Part shown: positions 40,846 through 55,091 of the stretch, piece by piece
Layout: every line of letters starts with the position of its first letter
How positions within the stretch are numbered: the stretch's first letter is position 1
Source: Polymyxa betae A26-41
Taxonomy: Eukaryota > Protista > Endomyxa: Phytomyxea
Reading direction: 5' to 3'
Length of the DNA stretch: 64,000 nt
Assembly: GCA_003693705.1 (NCBI GenBank)
Contig: RBZT01000734.1
Span: 26,703-90,702 of the forward strand
Translations under genes and position numbers: made by a program
The notes under the pieces: model-generated
The model's input: the letters and a program-made list of their open reading frames with translations, nothing else
Databases searched by the model: none
Told to the model about the DNA's origin: nothing

Positions 40846-43508
40846 CTAATTCGTTGACGACGCTCTTCGCTGGCTTTGGCTTTTCCCTTTCAGTTCCAGA
40901 GGTTTTCTCTTTGATGTTGATTCTCTGCGTTTATGACCTGTCGGTTGTGATGCATAAACACGGTAGGTTTCAACAAACCTTTCAGCAGATGTTGGACGCA
41001 TGAACTTCTCCTTCAAATCGATACCGAGATCGACTGGTGTCACCTGCTGTGCTCGGATTGGTGTCACGATCAGTCTCGGCAGGGTCGTCTGCTGAAATGA
41101 TCTCGATCGTAATCTGGTCTTCTCCAACTTTCGAAGCTGTCGAGCACGAGTTTGCCGGTCACGCTCTGCCGTTTCCAGCATTTTTTGAATATTGTGATCT
41201 GGAGTTGTTAGACTTGCATGGCTTCGATGTGTCGGTCTTGTAGATCGTTGTCTCTCGGTTTCAACCGGCTCGATCACGACAACATTGTTGTTGATTTGAA
41301 CACGCTTCTCTTCTTTCCCCAACGAAATACGCTTTTGGTCAGTCTCGATCGGATTGCGATTATGATCAGTCTCTACATGGTTATCAGGTGCGTTTTGTTG
41401 TTCGATTTCTTGCTCCCTTTCTGGTACAACAGCATGTTCTGATAGCAGTTGCTCTGCGTTGAGGTTATCATCACAATCTCGTGTAGTTGCCTGTTGTTGT
41501 ATTTCGTTTTCCAATCCTGCTTGATCAATAATCTTCTCCTGTATGTGATGTGAACCGGCATTGTTCATTAACTGATCAGATGGAATCACATCCATCCCGA
41601 TATTATCCTAGAAACATCATTAGTTTAGCACAAAGCATTCTTCATGTTTGCTTTACAACGATCTCTTCATTGTCATTTTCGAAGCAATCAACAGATTCAT
41701 CTAGAGGACCCATCTCCCATACTGATATGTCGTTGTCGATATCGCCAGCACCGCTTAGTGCTACCTTCACCATCTTGCCATTTTCATTGGCAGCAAACGT
41801 CCCTTTCCGGTTTTTCAGGTACGCCTGGCGTTTGACTGGATCGACACGGTTTTTACGTTCCGATGGTTGTCCTGGCTTTGCTTGATTATTCGTTTGATTC
41901 AAAGAAGACGGTTCCGGTTCTTCAATGTTTTCAGCGATTTCATTGTCCGCTGAAAATGCAATTTCGTCGTCGACGTTCGCTTGATCTGTAACATCGGCCT
42001 CAAAGTCTCGCTCTTCTTCAATAAGTTCAAAGGCAGCTGGAATAGGACTCGCTGTAAACGTCTCGGTCGACGAGATAATCAAAGTATCAGTATGGCCAGA
42101 TTTTGTTTGAATATACGTTGCTTTTCGTTGTAGCAATGGCTCTGAAGCTGATAATGGAATATCTGGAACCATATTACGTACTTCTACAGGCAATGGGGTT
42201 TGTTCTTCTGCCACCGTTGTCGTATCGTCTCCCGAGTTTAGAGATCCCAGTCGAACTCGTTCGTCCTGAAATTGTCATTTCAGATAACTTGCCATTTCAG
42301 TGAAGAATGGAACTAACCGATGTATTAGCAGGGCTCTCCAGCTCTTCTGTGGATGATTCGCTGCTATCATCTCGCTCCTCTTCTTGCTCATCCACGATCA
42401 CATTCAGCGAATGATCGGAAGCCCGACGCTCTCCTGTAGAAGGACCCAGATTGATCTGTTTGGTGGTGCCATTTTTGGCCTGAATGAAGGTCCCTTTTCT
42501 CTCCATAACAGGTCTCTTGTTAGGAGTCGTTGGTGCCATTGGTCTTGGTTTATCATCATCTTCACTTGTACATTCTTCATTACTATCTTCAACACAAGGT
42601 CCCATTTCAGCCTGCTCTTGCGATAAGATTTCAGACGATGTGATTTTGGTCGTTTTGCTCATGTCTAAGGCAACAGCTTTCCCACTCGAGTTCTGTAGAA
42701 AAGTCCCTTTACGATTATGACCGAAGGCAGGTTTCGATTTGATCTGTGGTGTCACCATTTCAAATGTATCATCTTCCTGATAGTCTTCTTCATCTTCATC
42801 AATGACTTGCTGATCTTCAGGTGAACTTTCACTGATTTGTTGCATTGCCTCCTCCTGGGATGCCTCAGCAATCGGCTCTGGTTGTGCATTCAGATCGGAC
42901 TGGTCAACGATGGGATCAACTCCATCATCCACTTTCGTAGGAACTCGAATAACTTGTGGCTCGTTGTAATCCGAATAGCAGTCGCCATCTTCGGTTGCGT
43001 TCTCATAATCATCTTCATATTCCTCTTCATTTTCCTCTTCATCCGCAATTGCTTCATGCAGTTTCGTTGATCCGGCAGATAGCCTTCGCTTGATCTCAGC
43101 ACCAGGTGATAGCTCTACTTGATCGCCCTGTCCGTCACGACGTTGAACAAATGTACCTTGTCGTTTCAGAACTAATGATGGTTTGGCATTGGAAAGTGAT
43201 CTGGGAGTGGAAGCGTTCGATCCATTCGATGACTGGGGTGATACTGTTAACGAGCTCTGGAACACGTCACGAGCTTCATCTTCAGTTTGTTCAAGTGTGA
43301 TATCGTCAGCAATTTTTATACGCTGAATCTGTTCGAGAGCTTGTCTATCAAGACCACGTGAACCCGATCTTGAACCTCGAGGAGATTGGCTAATATCAAC
43401 AGTATCGACTTGGCCATTGGATCCCTGTTTAAAAGTGCCTTGTCGGTTAAGTTTCATAGTCGGCTTCTTAGGAAAGGCAGGCAGTTCATTAGCGCTGCCT
43501 GTGTCCAT
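40846..43508 (-). CDS. Large acidic low-complexity protein with six R-x-G/A-T-F/Y repeats
   Basis: ORFs 42297-43508, 41642-42214 and 40846-41595 join in frame through phase-0 introns. Basic C-terminal region. A further short 5' exon is possible. Confidence 0.75.
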
Positions 43509-44155
43509 GATCTGATCGCCCGATACGATTAGTTCGGTGACTCAGATTTGTCATGAAATGGTGGATTCGAGGCACGCGTGCAATCCTTAACCTCTGGAGC
43601 TTTTCATATATCTATCTATAGCTGATAGGCTGCTGCTTCCTTCATTTCACAAAAGGCTAATTGACAGCGTTGGAAGTTGGAGAATTTTGCTAGCGGCGTC
43701 CTTCATTCAAAATAAGAATATGGAACTTGAAATACTTGTTAAAAGAATGAGTAGTCTAATGTTTACTTAATACAATTTCTAAATAAGCTTGCAGAAGATT
43801 CTCAAATTATATTCACACTTAAAGATGAGAAGACTTTGTCCATTCAGTAGTATTTGATAGCTGCACCTGAAGACCATGTCAACGAGTGACCAGTGGTTGA
43901 GATGGCTTTTCAGCCAAGTATCGTCTTTTATATTCTTAATCAAACTGTTAGAGCAAAACCTGTTAGAATTAGAATTTCTTTCAGACACCTGAACCAGAAT
44001 GTTCTAAAGAGAGGAATAAGAGGCCACGCCGCCATTACACAGCGAGGGCAACCTCTGGTGATGGTGCGGGTCGCGCCTAGGGTTGCACCTCCTTGCGCCT
44101 CTGCACTGCAATCTTGGTCAAAAGCCATTCCACTCTGGCTCATAGATTCATCACA

Positions 44156-45038
44156 ATGTCTCCCACACCAGCTACTATGACCGCTTCTGATGTTGAATGG
44201 CCCAAGCTTCATTCCGCTATCACCGATCTTGTTAAAGAAAAGAAATGTGGACCGATCCTGGTTCGTCTCAGCTGGCATGATGCTGGTACCTACAACGTCA
44301 ATAACAAGACTGGTGGTCCTCACGCTTGTATGCGATTCGCTGGGGCTGGTGAAAGCACTTATGCTGCCAACGCCGGACTGCAAATTGCTCAAAATTTGTT
44401 AGTCGACATCGCCCACAAGTTCACTAATGTCAGCGCTGCCGACCTCTGGTTCGAGGGTTTCTATAGTTTCATAAACTGTGTTTCTTATCATGGTGTATAG
44501 GGCTTTCGCTGCAGTTGTTGCTATTGAGACTATGGGCGGGCCCAAAATTGCTTTCCGATATGGTCGATCTGATGCCAAGTCGTCAACTGAGTCGGTTGAA
44601 GACGGGCGATTGCCTGACGCTACCAAGGGTGCTCAGCACATTAGGGATATCTTCTACCGAATTGGCTTGAATGACGAAGAAATTGTGGCCTTGTCAGGTG
44701 CACATACGGTTGGAAGATGCCATGGAGATCGCTCTGGATTTGTTGGGGCCTGGACATCTGCTCCTATGTCGTTCGATAATCAGTTCTTTAAAGACCTGCT
44801 GGAGAAGAAATGGGTCGAGACTGTGAACCAGCATGGGAACAAACAATTCAATGATGAGGAAACTGGGCTCATGATGCTGCCGTCCGATATGGCCTTAGTT
44901 CAAGACCCTGAGTTCAAGCTTGTCGTTGAGAAATTCGCATCGGACCAACAGGCCTTCTTCTCGTCTTTTGCCAACGCTTTCCAGAAATTGCAAGAATCCG
45001 GCTATGAGCCAAGCGGTCTTACTCCAGTAGCCCTATAA
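44156..45038 (+). CDS. APX: Ascorbate peroxidase-like class I heme peroxidase
   Basis: PILVRLSWHDAGTY (distal R/W/H), GRLPDA, VALSGAHTVGRCHGDRSGF (proximal His and ascorbate-binding Arg), FDNQFF, LMMLPSDMAL. One intron. Confidence 0.92.
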
Positions 45039-45080
45039 ATTGTTTCCAATTGTCCTTTTAATAAATTACTTCAATGTATA

Positions 45081-46089
45081 TTAATTTTTGAATGGCTTAT
45101 CATCCTGTGATACATTTGTACCATTTCTTCTCATTTGCATGATTGTATCAGGTAAGCGATAGCGATATTCGAGTTTGTCAGGCCTGTTGCCCCCTGGGAC
45201 GAAGGATTTTATCCTATCAGTCCAATAAAGCCAGAAGGCATAATTTCTTGGTACAACAAATTCGGCCTCAGAAACACAATGCAATTTATCACGAGAGAAT
45301 CGTTTCTGCATTCTTTTCTGGAAATCTGAAAAAGTTTCTCTTTGTCTGTCTTCGTCTGATATTGGAAGGAAATCCTCAGGTACGGTTGGGGCATCAGCAT
45401 CAACCATCACTGCCCGCAGAACGACTTTCCGATCATACTCGCCACGAAATCCAATCGTTTCTGTATGCAGAACGACCAAAGAGTTAGTTGGGACACGAGA
45501 TAGATACCTAAATTTGACTCATTGAAAAATCGAAGCCTTCGCTGGCAAAGAAGCTCACCTGACTGTTAGATAACTTGTCAAAGCGAATATTCTTCCCGGC
45601 AATTGAGGCATTGCAGTAAAGGCGAGCATTTCATCAAATATTGCTGCTATTAATCCGCCTAGCGCTCTAGTTGAGTAAGAAAGTATCGCAATTACAGAAT
45701 TGTTAACCATGAACGGTATTAGAATGTCCAGAGAGTCCTTCGCCCAGAGCATAGAAGCCGATCAGTTCTGCTCGCTTCTCATTGACAAAAATCAACGGAG
45801 GCGTTGGCAGCATATTCTCTCCGTTTAGCGTTCCAGCTAAAAGGTGTCGATCTCTTAGATAGTCTGGAATGACATCAAATGGGCACAATAAATGCAGAGT
45901 GGATGTCTTTGGGTCTTCCAAGAGAGACCGATATAATGGCAACGACTTCATTCGCTGCTGGAAAGGATTCGGCGATGCGATCGATGTTACATTGTTCTGA
46001 TTACGAGCAGGTTGGTATCCTATCCAGAATCCGCATCCAAGAGCTAGAGCTGGAGTCAGATAGACAGCCAACGATCGTGATGTTGACAT
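45081..46089 (-). CDS. Hot-dog-fold acyl-CoA thioesterase (THEM4/PaaI-like)
   Basis: LGEGLSGHSNTVHG|GLIAAIFDE (HGG..DE motif), LTSYLTV|YLSRVP, RKVVLRA. Hydrophobic N-terminal segment. Confidence 0.85.
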
Positions 46090-46238
46090 GACTTATGACG
46101 CCGTGACAGCTCTTTCTCTGAGGGCTGCCACTCGCCATTCACCAATTACATCATCTTATAGATTTTTGCCATTCAAACCTTAACCTGCAAAATCCTACAA
46201 TATCGCCATAATGTGGTTTTGATACGATATTTACTTGT

Positions 46239-48082
46239 TTATTCACGAATTCTTTGTAGAAGCTGATATTTTGCATCCGCCCTACAGTTTTCGTGTAGAA
46301 AAGGTAGCCAGAAAGCTCGACACCACCAAGGCGTTCTAGAAGCATCCAGGAACGGAGCTTTGTAAACAACTTTGAACTCTTTCAGTCGATCATAGTGAGG
46401 TTCTTGCTGATGCGGGAGATCCAAATCTACTATAAAGTCACACTGACTTATATCACTATAGCGATCAGGTTCTTCTTTGTTTAAATCATTCATTCCAGGC
46501 GGAATTACTCGTGTCCCATCGTTCAATCTAGAAAATGGACGAGGAAGGAGCCCGGAAAATTCGGATTTCAGATAAAGAAGTTCAGAGTCAGGAGTGGGCA
46601 AGAAAAAGCTTGAAGGAAACCGATACCATTCCTAGAAGGAGGTTAACGAACTGAAAAGAAAAAGCAAACTCAAGGTTACCTTGCCGACACAAACCTTCGC
46701 TGTTTCGGGAGGGATGGCTGCAAAGACAGGGATCGGGGCGCTGTAATTGGCAGCATTTGACCATTTCCTAGAACAAGACAGAAGCACACAGATTATCGTA
46801 AAAACCGAAGCGAATTTTTCATAGGAAAATGGCAACATTCCCAGCATCATGATCAAGTAAAAGGCTATAGCTCCTCCAACTGCTATCATTGGATATATCG
46901 GATACAGAAATCTCTCTTCTTTGTGGGCCATTGATGTGAATATTATAAGAAACACTGCAGTTGGCCATAAATAAATAATCGCTTTTTTGGATGCATTGAT
47001 AAGCTCAGACTTGCATGGATTCTCTCTGTTCAATAACTGATAAGAATTACCGTTGTCATTTCGGTGATACCACCAGACAATTCCAGCTACTGGAAACACA
47101 AGCAAATATGCCAGAAATACAACATTGAAATTTAGGAACAGGTTTCTGATGAAATAATGCCATGGTTCAACTCCAAACAAATCAGCACCATGCGACGTAA
47201 ATACGTTATACTTGATAATGTTGAGTACTGCAAGCATCCACTTTCGGTAGAAATAATAATCGACAATAAGTGATGGGACCAAACATAAAACAGCTGTGAA
47301 CAAGGCAGCCTGAATGCAGGATATCATTCCGTATCGATGCACTAAAGGAACAGCGAGACAAACTGCTAAAATGCCAACAAACGGCCAGCCGACTAATCCA
47401 GCAACGCCCATCCAAAATATGCATCCGAATGGGCCTTGGTCTTCGATAAAGGAAGCGAAGGCCAACGTGACTGCATACATTGAGAACGATTGGGGAAGAT
47501 AGCTTGTTGAAGCTTGGAAAATTCCAGGACTCAAAGCTGCAAACAATCCAGCTGCTGAGGCATAGCGGAAGCCTATCTTCTTTCGTAAAGCGATCACAAG
47601 ACGAATCATTGTAAAGGCATGGCAAAGTCCAAAAACATAACGAATCGCGAAGAACATAAGATTGCGATAGCGAAGTGGGTAAAGCCATTTGGCGAACGGC
47701 TCAACCAGCGCACCAATCAATGCATGCAAGAATATATACAGATACGATCTGAGCCCATATGTAGGAGAATATTCCCAGGTCTGCATCCCTGATCCATATA
47801 ATAAGTAATGAGTCGGCTCCCAGTAATTGTAAACCTATTCAACTCAGTCCGAGTTCTTGTCTAACATTAGTAGCCTACTTCATCACAATCCCCAATTGGG
47901 CTAAACGTCGCAGAAACGAGAGAGTCCACAATGATAATCACATATAAAGCTATCATCACGGCCTGCTTCGTAAGCGTTAGTCGCTCTTCTGGCGAAGCGC
48001 ATCGCTGTGGCGAGTCCGCCGTCAAAGCCTGTTCCTCAATTTCTGGACGCTGAAAACGACGACGAACATGCTGCTGATTCAT
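46239..48082 (-). CDS. ALG9: Alpha-1,2-mannosyltransferase ALG9
   Basis: IGDCDE|VYNYWEPTHYLLYGSGMQTWEYSPTYGLRSY, YLPQSFSM, GWPF, HKEERFLYPIYP, EWYRFPSSFFLP, FSGLLP. Confidence 0.95.
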
Positions 48083-48614
48083 TGTCTCTATGGTAAGTGC
48101 TATAAGTTATGATAGACGCAACATTACCGTCTTGAATACAAAGTTGGTTAATAAAAGATACTCTTTATAACCTTATGCAAAAGATATCTCGTCGAAAGTG
48201 ACTTCAAAGATCCCGAATCGTCGAACTTAAAGTATCCTTTAGAAGCAAATTGAGTGGCTTGACATTCGAGGCAACCACCTGCAATCATTAACCACGCTAC
48301 AGGTACACTGATTACTTTTTTCGGATTGGGCCGAGTTTCATTGAAGAATTCTTTGTAGAGTTTATGATTTGATGAAGGTTTTTGATTGCTAATATTTTCA
48401 GAGCGATAGAATAGAAACGCTTAAGATAGAACGTTGCGTGAATATGATTTTCTCTGAAACCATTTGGCAATCGGCATTAGTGTATCAGCTATAGATTCCA
48501 AGTGGTTTACAGCATTCAGCAGTGAAAATGCTCAAATGCATAAACAAGACAAAGGGGCTGGATTATGTATTAAACAATCTGACAATGAAATAGGTCTAAA
48601 ACACGAGAATCCGT

Positions 48615-51600
48615 TCATAAACGAAGATCCTGAAGGTGCTCTTCCCACGATTTGAGCGAGAATTTCTTCACCTAATTGCGACATCAATGTTCTAAAAGAG
48701 CACATAAACTATCGAATCGGACCTTGACAAGAGAGGCAACAAGAAGAGCAGCACATTTTATATTGGTGATCAAGCCAACAGAGAAGTCTACAGCAGTTCT
48801 GCGAATATGGTATCCATCAGTCATCTGCAGATGAATTAGAACCACCAAGATTACAATACTTTCTTAATAGCTTACTTCTTGGCGATTGGTAGAATCGGGA
48901 ATGTTAATGACCAGATCGATATCGCCACTTTTAATGAGATCCACGACATTGGGATGCAGTCCGCTACTGACTTTATGAACAGTGACCGCCTCGATACCAT
49001 TCTCTTGCAAGAACAGTGCTGTGCCTTTTGTGGCGAAGATTTGAAATCCGATCTTGGACATGGATCGGGCTGATTCAAGAAATTCTAGCCGAGCCGCCAC
49101 ATTACCACAAGAGAATAAGAAGTTCCGTTTGGGGACTTTAAAGCCGGTGGCAAGAAGAGATTTTAGAAAGGCTTCGTGACGATCGGACCCAAAGCAAGCA
49201 ACCTCACCGGTCGATGCCATTTCGACGCGTAAAACTGGATCAGCACCGGCCAGTCGTGTGAATGAAAACATCGGTGCTTTACAGCAGACAAACGGAATAT
49301 CGCTCAGATCGATGGGATGCGATTTCACATTCAATCCAACCATGGCTTTGGTCGCGATTTCGATGAAGTTTACATCGAATGTTTTCGACACGAACGGGAA
49401 CGATCGTGAAGCTCTCAGATTGCATTCAATGACCTAATGGGATAAGCGTCATTTCGAAAAAACAATCTATGAGACAAACCTTGATCTCATTGTCTTTGCT
49501 CAGGAACTGAATATTGAAAGGACCGGTGATATTTAACGCATGAGCGATCTTCTTTGCAGCCTTCTTAACTAACCGAATAGTCTCCATATACAGCTTTTGC
49601 GCTGGCAGAATGAGGGTGGCATCGCCAGAATGAACGCCAGCGTTCTCGACATGCTCCGAAATGGCGTAATTAACGACGATACCGTTTTTAGCAACCGCAT
49701 CGAACTCGATTTCCTACCAAGAACTTTAAAAGGTGATCGGAACACAGTTCGCCATCAAAACCTTAGCATTTTCCAGAAATTTGGAGACTACGACCGGTGC
49801 GTTTGGAGCAACGGTGCAAGCCGTTGCCAAGAATTGCTCAAGGTCAGCAGATGAGAATGCGACGTTCATTGCAGCTCCGGACAGAACATAACTATTATAA
49901 AGAAATCAGAACAACTTCCAATCTGTATCTCATCTTTACAAGACCTTGGGCGGACCAGGACCGGATACCCGACCTCTTCCGCGAACTGAATTGCCGCAGG
50001 GACCTAATCGACGTTGACAATATTTCAGATTTCTAACAAGGCAGCACTGACGGTGGTCAGTTCTTTCCATTCAGGCTGATCAACACCAATACTGTCAAGC
50101 ATTTCACTAAACTTGAACCTGAGGAATCATCAGCAGAAGCAATTTAGGTAGATGATACTGAAAACCTGTCTTCAGCCATATCGATAGAGTTTGGATGCGT
50201 TCCCAAAATACGAGCACCATTGTGATGAAGCGGTAAGGCCAGATTATTGGGAATTTGTCCTCCAACACTAACAACAACGCCGGTACTAGACTCACACTGA
50301 GGACTCGATTAGATCGTGGATAGAAAAGACACGTGGTTATTGGACCTCATAGATGTCAAGAACGCGCTCCAAAGAAAGTTCTTCAAAATACAGGCGATCA
50401 CATTCATCTACAAGTTGCGCTTAATCGCAGACAATATAAAGAAGCTTTGCACTACCATAATCGGTACTGACAGTTTCCCTGAAGGGCTCATCAGAAAAGC
50501 AGCAGAAGAACACTGCAGGTAAAGAACATACGGATTGAAGTTAATGAGAACTGAAGGCATCGCTAACGAATGCAGCGTTCGTAGACAAGAAACAGCACAC
50601 CAGTCGAACTCACAGCTACTCCCAATTCGGTATGCGCCACAGCCGAGAACAATCACACCTGCGAACTATTTGTAAGAACGAAAAAAGATAAAGGAATTTG
50701 CCCTCTCTAACCGCGACTGTTAAATTGGACATCGTGTTCCGATGCATTATAGGTCATGTAAAGATAGTTGGTCATCGCGGGGAATTCGGCCGCAAGCGTA
50801 TCGATCTGCTTCACAAACGGGGTGATGCGATGGTGTTGGCGATAACAGCGAGCCTGCAGAACTTAATACGTACATGAATTTGCCAAACTCTCAAAATACA
50901 GACATCGTGTTCAGAAATGCGACAGCAGCGGGCAATTTGTTTATCGCTAAACCTAAATGACATTAATTTTGCAGTAAAAAGGTGCAGTGCAGGGCGTAAA
51001 TACCCGGCTCGCTTTGCCTCGAGAATCTGCGCAGGTGTAATTTCTAAAAACGAAGGTGCTGAGGACATCACAGAATCGATCTGGATGATGTTCTGCAATT
51101 TATGCAGGAAAAAACGATCAATGTTCGTGAGTTCGAAAATGTGGTCGACAGAATATCCTGTACCATCAGGAATCAGCAACCGAAGGGAGATGGTAAAGCC
51201 AGGAGAGAGAAAAATGCAACAGGGCGAAAACATATACGAAAGGTACCTCGACGGAAAGCGACCGCGAGATGCAAAATTCGGCGATCACTCGGGTTCTTGA
51301 GCTCATCGTCGAGCTCCCCTTGAGATAAAGCAGCAATACTCGGAATGATTTCACCGAACCCATCCAAATCGGAGTTTACCATTCGCACACCTAGAAAAAG
51401 GTCAGATATCGTTGTCGAACAAGAGCTAGGACTAAAACACCTTTTTGGAACGCTTCTTCGAATGTTCGGCCAATGGACATAATTTCTCCAACGCTTTTCA
51501 TGCTACTTCCAATATCGCTGCTGACATGGCAGAATTTACGAAGATCCCATCTACGATTTGTAAAGGCGAATGAAAAGAAACTTGTGTTGGTCATACCGAG

Positions 51601-54600
51601 GCATCTTGACAACGACATAATCGAGACTGAGAGAGCAGATTATTCAAATGTGAGACATATTAACAGTAGTAATACTGACCTTGGCTCGAAACAAGCCGCA
51701 GTCTTCTTCGTAACCGAATTTTTAACTTGAGTCAAATTGAGACCCATTGCAAGCTTACAGGCGACATAGGCTAACGGATATCCTGCCACAGATTGAGCTG
51801 CATAAGAGCGGAGCTGGGGGACACAGACCGGTGGCCTTAGATGCTAAAGCACTGCTGCGACTAAGCCGGGCGTTCATCTCAATGACGCAATAGTCTTCAG
51901 AATTGGGATCCAGAGCGAACTGAACATTGCATTCTCCGACAACTTCAAGGTGGCGAACAATTTTTAAGGACGCCTAAACAAATACGAACGTCAAGCAAAG
52001 CCCTTGAATGTATGAGATCTACATACATTACGAAGACGATAGTACTCGGTATTCGATAAAGTTTGCGAAGGTGCGACGACGATCGAATCGCCGGTATGAA
52101 TGCCGAGTGGATCGAAATTCTCCATGTTGCACACAGCAATGCAGTTGTCTTGACGATCACGAACGATTTCGTACTCGACCTCTTTCCATCTGTAGATAGA
52201 GTCAATAATACTTAAGTTGGTACAAGACAGGCCCTCACCCTCTGAGCGATTTATCAATAATGATTTGGCTCGAACATGACAGCGCCTAGAGCAAACTAAG
52301 TTGCAGAAACCCAACTGGCCCATGTTTGTTACATGTCGAGCGAGCTCCGCTAGCGTTTCAGGGGAGTCAGCAAACCCGGATCCTAAGCCTCCGAGGGCAA
52401 AGGCCGAACGAACTAGGACGGGATACCCGAGCTGACCGGCGATTTCCAGAGAGCTTTCGACCGTTGAGCAAGTGTCCGAGGGTGCAACCTGAACCGATGG
52501 TCACTGACGTCCCAGGATGCAAGCGATGATGATTCACCTTTTCCCCGATTTCCGCAATCTTGTCGGCAAACAGTTTGCGATCTTCACTCGCTCGGATTGT
52601 ATCGATACTGTCATGAATGAGTTAAAGAGAAAGAAGGACGAGAGTGAAGAGGAAACCTGGTTCCGAGGACGCGAACCTGAAAGAATATTAAGTTGATCCA
52701 TCAAACAAATAGCACAAAACTGACATTGTAGCGCTTCAGAATACCAGCTTCTTCCAGACCGAGACCACAATTCAAAGCTGTCTGTCCACCAAACTGCAAA
52801 AGGAGACCATCAGGGCGTTCCTTTTGGATGATTTCGGTGACGAAGTCAACGGTGACAGGAACAAAGTACACCTGATGACATATTAGCAGAACAGACAAAA
52901 AGGAATGGCTTTCTGTTTACCCTATCGGCCATGCCTTTCGAAGTTTGAATCGTGGCGATATTCGGGTTGACCAAAATCACATAGACGTTCAATTCTTTGA
53001 GGGCTTTGATCGCTTGAGAACCGCTGTAATCAAATTCACCTGAAAGCCTGAATTGAGATAAAGCGCTTTGGTATCTAAACATTAGAACCTGCTTGCCCGA
53101 TAGAAAGTCCCCCAGAACCCAAAAGCAGCACTTTTCGAACGGGTTCTTCGGTGGGATCGACCCGGACAGTGGTGATGTAGGTCTTGTTTGTCTGATATTC
53201 ATAATGTCAGATCGGCATCTGACAAACCACGCTGGCAGATCCAAAATTTTTGAAGGAAATACAGAAAGGGAATGTTCATCAAGCATTGCAAACCATACCC
53301 GAATCCGCTCTAAAAACATGTCAAACAGGAAAGCAGTGTCAGTTGGGCCACCGGCTCCTTCAGGGTGGAACTGTAAAAAAAATCATGTCAGCAACAGAGA
53401 AGTAGCGAAAATTTAATGAGATCCCAACCTGAACGCTGAAGAACGGTTTGTACTGATGTACAATACCCTCATTGCTATTGTCATTGGCGTTGCGAAACAA
53501 CGGCACAAAATCGGCTGGTAAAGATTGCTCATTGACAGCATAGCCATGATTCTGTGAAGTGATGTAGCATCGGGTTGTTCGGAGATCAACCACAGGCTGA
53601 ACGAGGCATTAGATGTGAAGAAACAACATCGTCGGAAAAGCAACAGCGTGTACCTGATTCATTCCGCGATTCCCGAACTTCATTTTGTAAGTTTGAGCAC
53701 CAGCAGCGAGAGCTAGGACTTGATGGCCCATGCAAATACCGAAAATCGGAGTGTCTCGTTCAAGTGCGATACGAAGGTGTTTAATAGTTGCCTGAGCTTG
53801 AACCGGATCACCTATCGGAATCTGGTCAAAATTGATGGAAACGAATCCCAGAAGCGATACCGGGCCCATTAGACAGAAAAATTCCATCGAATTGTTCTTT
53901 GGTAAAGTCATAGTCCCATGGGACAACAGTCAAGGTGACGCCTTGTTGAACGAGATATCTGTAAGGAATCAGCCAGGCACCCTTCTCTAACGATTCGAAA
54001 ACAATTCCAGACCTGATAATGTTGTTCTTCATTCCTAAATCAACTGCAACGATCTTTGTGGGCCCGCTTCCGAATACTCTGGGTTCAGTACGCGAAACCT
54101 GAGAAAAATGTGAACTTGAAACCAGCACACAATCAATGATGTACCTCCGCGATGAGATTACGAGTATTCGGGTCGTGAAACGGAGCATCGGCACCGTTGA
54201 CAGCAATCTTGCCAAGCATAGCACCTAAGCAATTAACTGAGACTCGTAGACGTAAAGCCTAACGGAGCTCCAAACCTCGATTACGAATTCGTTTCGTTAG
54301 CAAACGCGTATCGACGCCAACAATTGCCGGAATGTTGTGCTTCTTGAGCCAATCGCTTAGAGAACATTTGGCATTCCAATGGGAATATTCATGAGAGTAG
54401 CAAGCAATCACAACTCCAGCAACATGAATCTTGTCCGATTCGAAATACTTGGGCAGACCAAGGTGGTCCAACACGTCCTCCGGAGGCACACCTAATTGTG
54501 AAATCTTAGACAGCAATTAAGCATCACAATTTGGAAGTTACCGTAGTTGCCAATTAAAGGATATGTGAAAACAAGAATTTGACCCTTATAAGATGGATCG

Positions 54601-55091
54601 GTTAAAGTCTCCGGATACCCTGTCATTCCCGTATAAAACACCTAATATCCTTTTAAGCATGTTGTGGAGGTGGAGAATGATCGGTATTACTAACAACTTC
54701 TCCAGCAATGCTGGTATCAGCTCCGATCGAGAATCCTGAAAAATTTGTCCCATCGTTGAGTTCGAGCGTAGCAGATGGCCAGTTATGGTTTAATGAATCG
54801 GTAGGCTGCAGGAGAGTAAGCGACTTCTGGAAACTGTAATAACCGATTTACCTGATCATAAGAGACGTCTTTTAATGCAGGCGACTGGGCTCTTGGAGTT
54901 CGCCGACAAACTGTAATGGCATATTAGCATACATTGGTCAGCAATATTTCAGCTGGATATACATTCTTCATGTAGTGCTTCAGCGTCATCAATTTCGCTG
55001 GCAGATGCCGAAAATCCGAAACTTCCAACAAAATAAACGATGGGAACATGAATGTGAGGGCGTCGACGTACTTTACCAAGCCATCAGTCAT
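48615..55091 (-). CDS. Glutamine-dependent carbamoyl-phosphate synthetase; small and large subunits fused; very intron-rich
   Basis: [23 protein letters not shown] (catalytic Cys), [50 protein letters not shown] domain (FATKGT, DLVINIP). Stop at 48615 with no DHOase/ATCase following. Confidence 0.95.
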
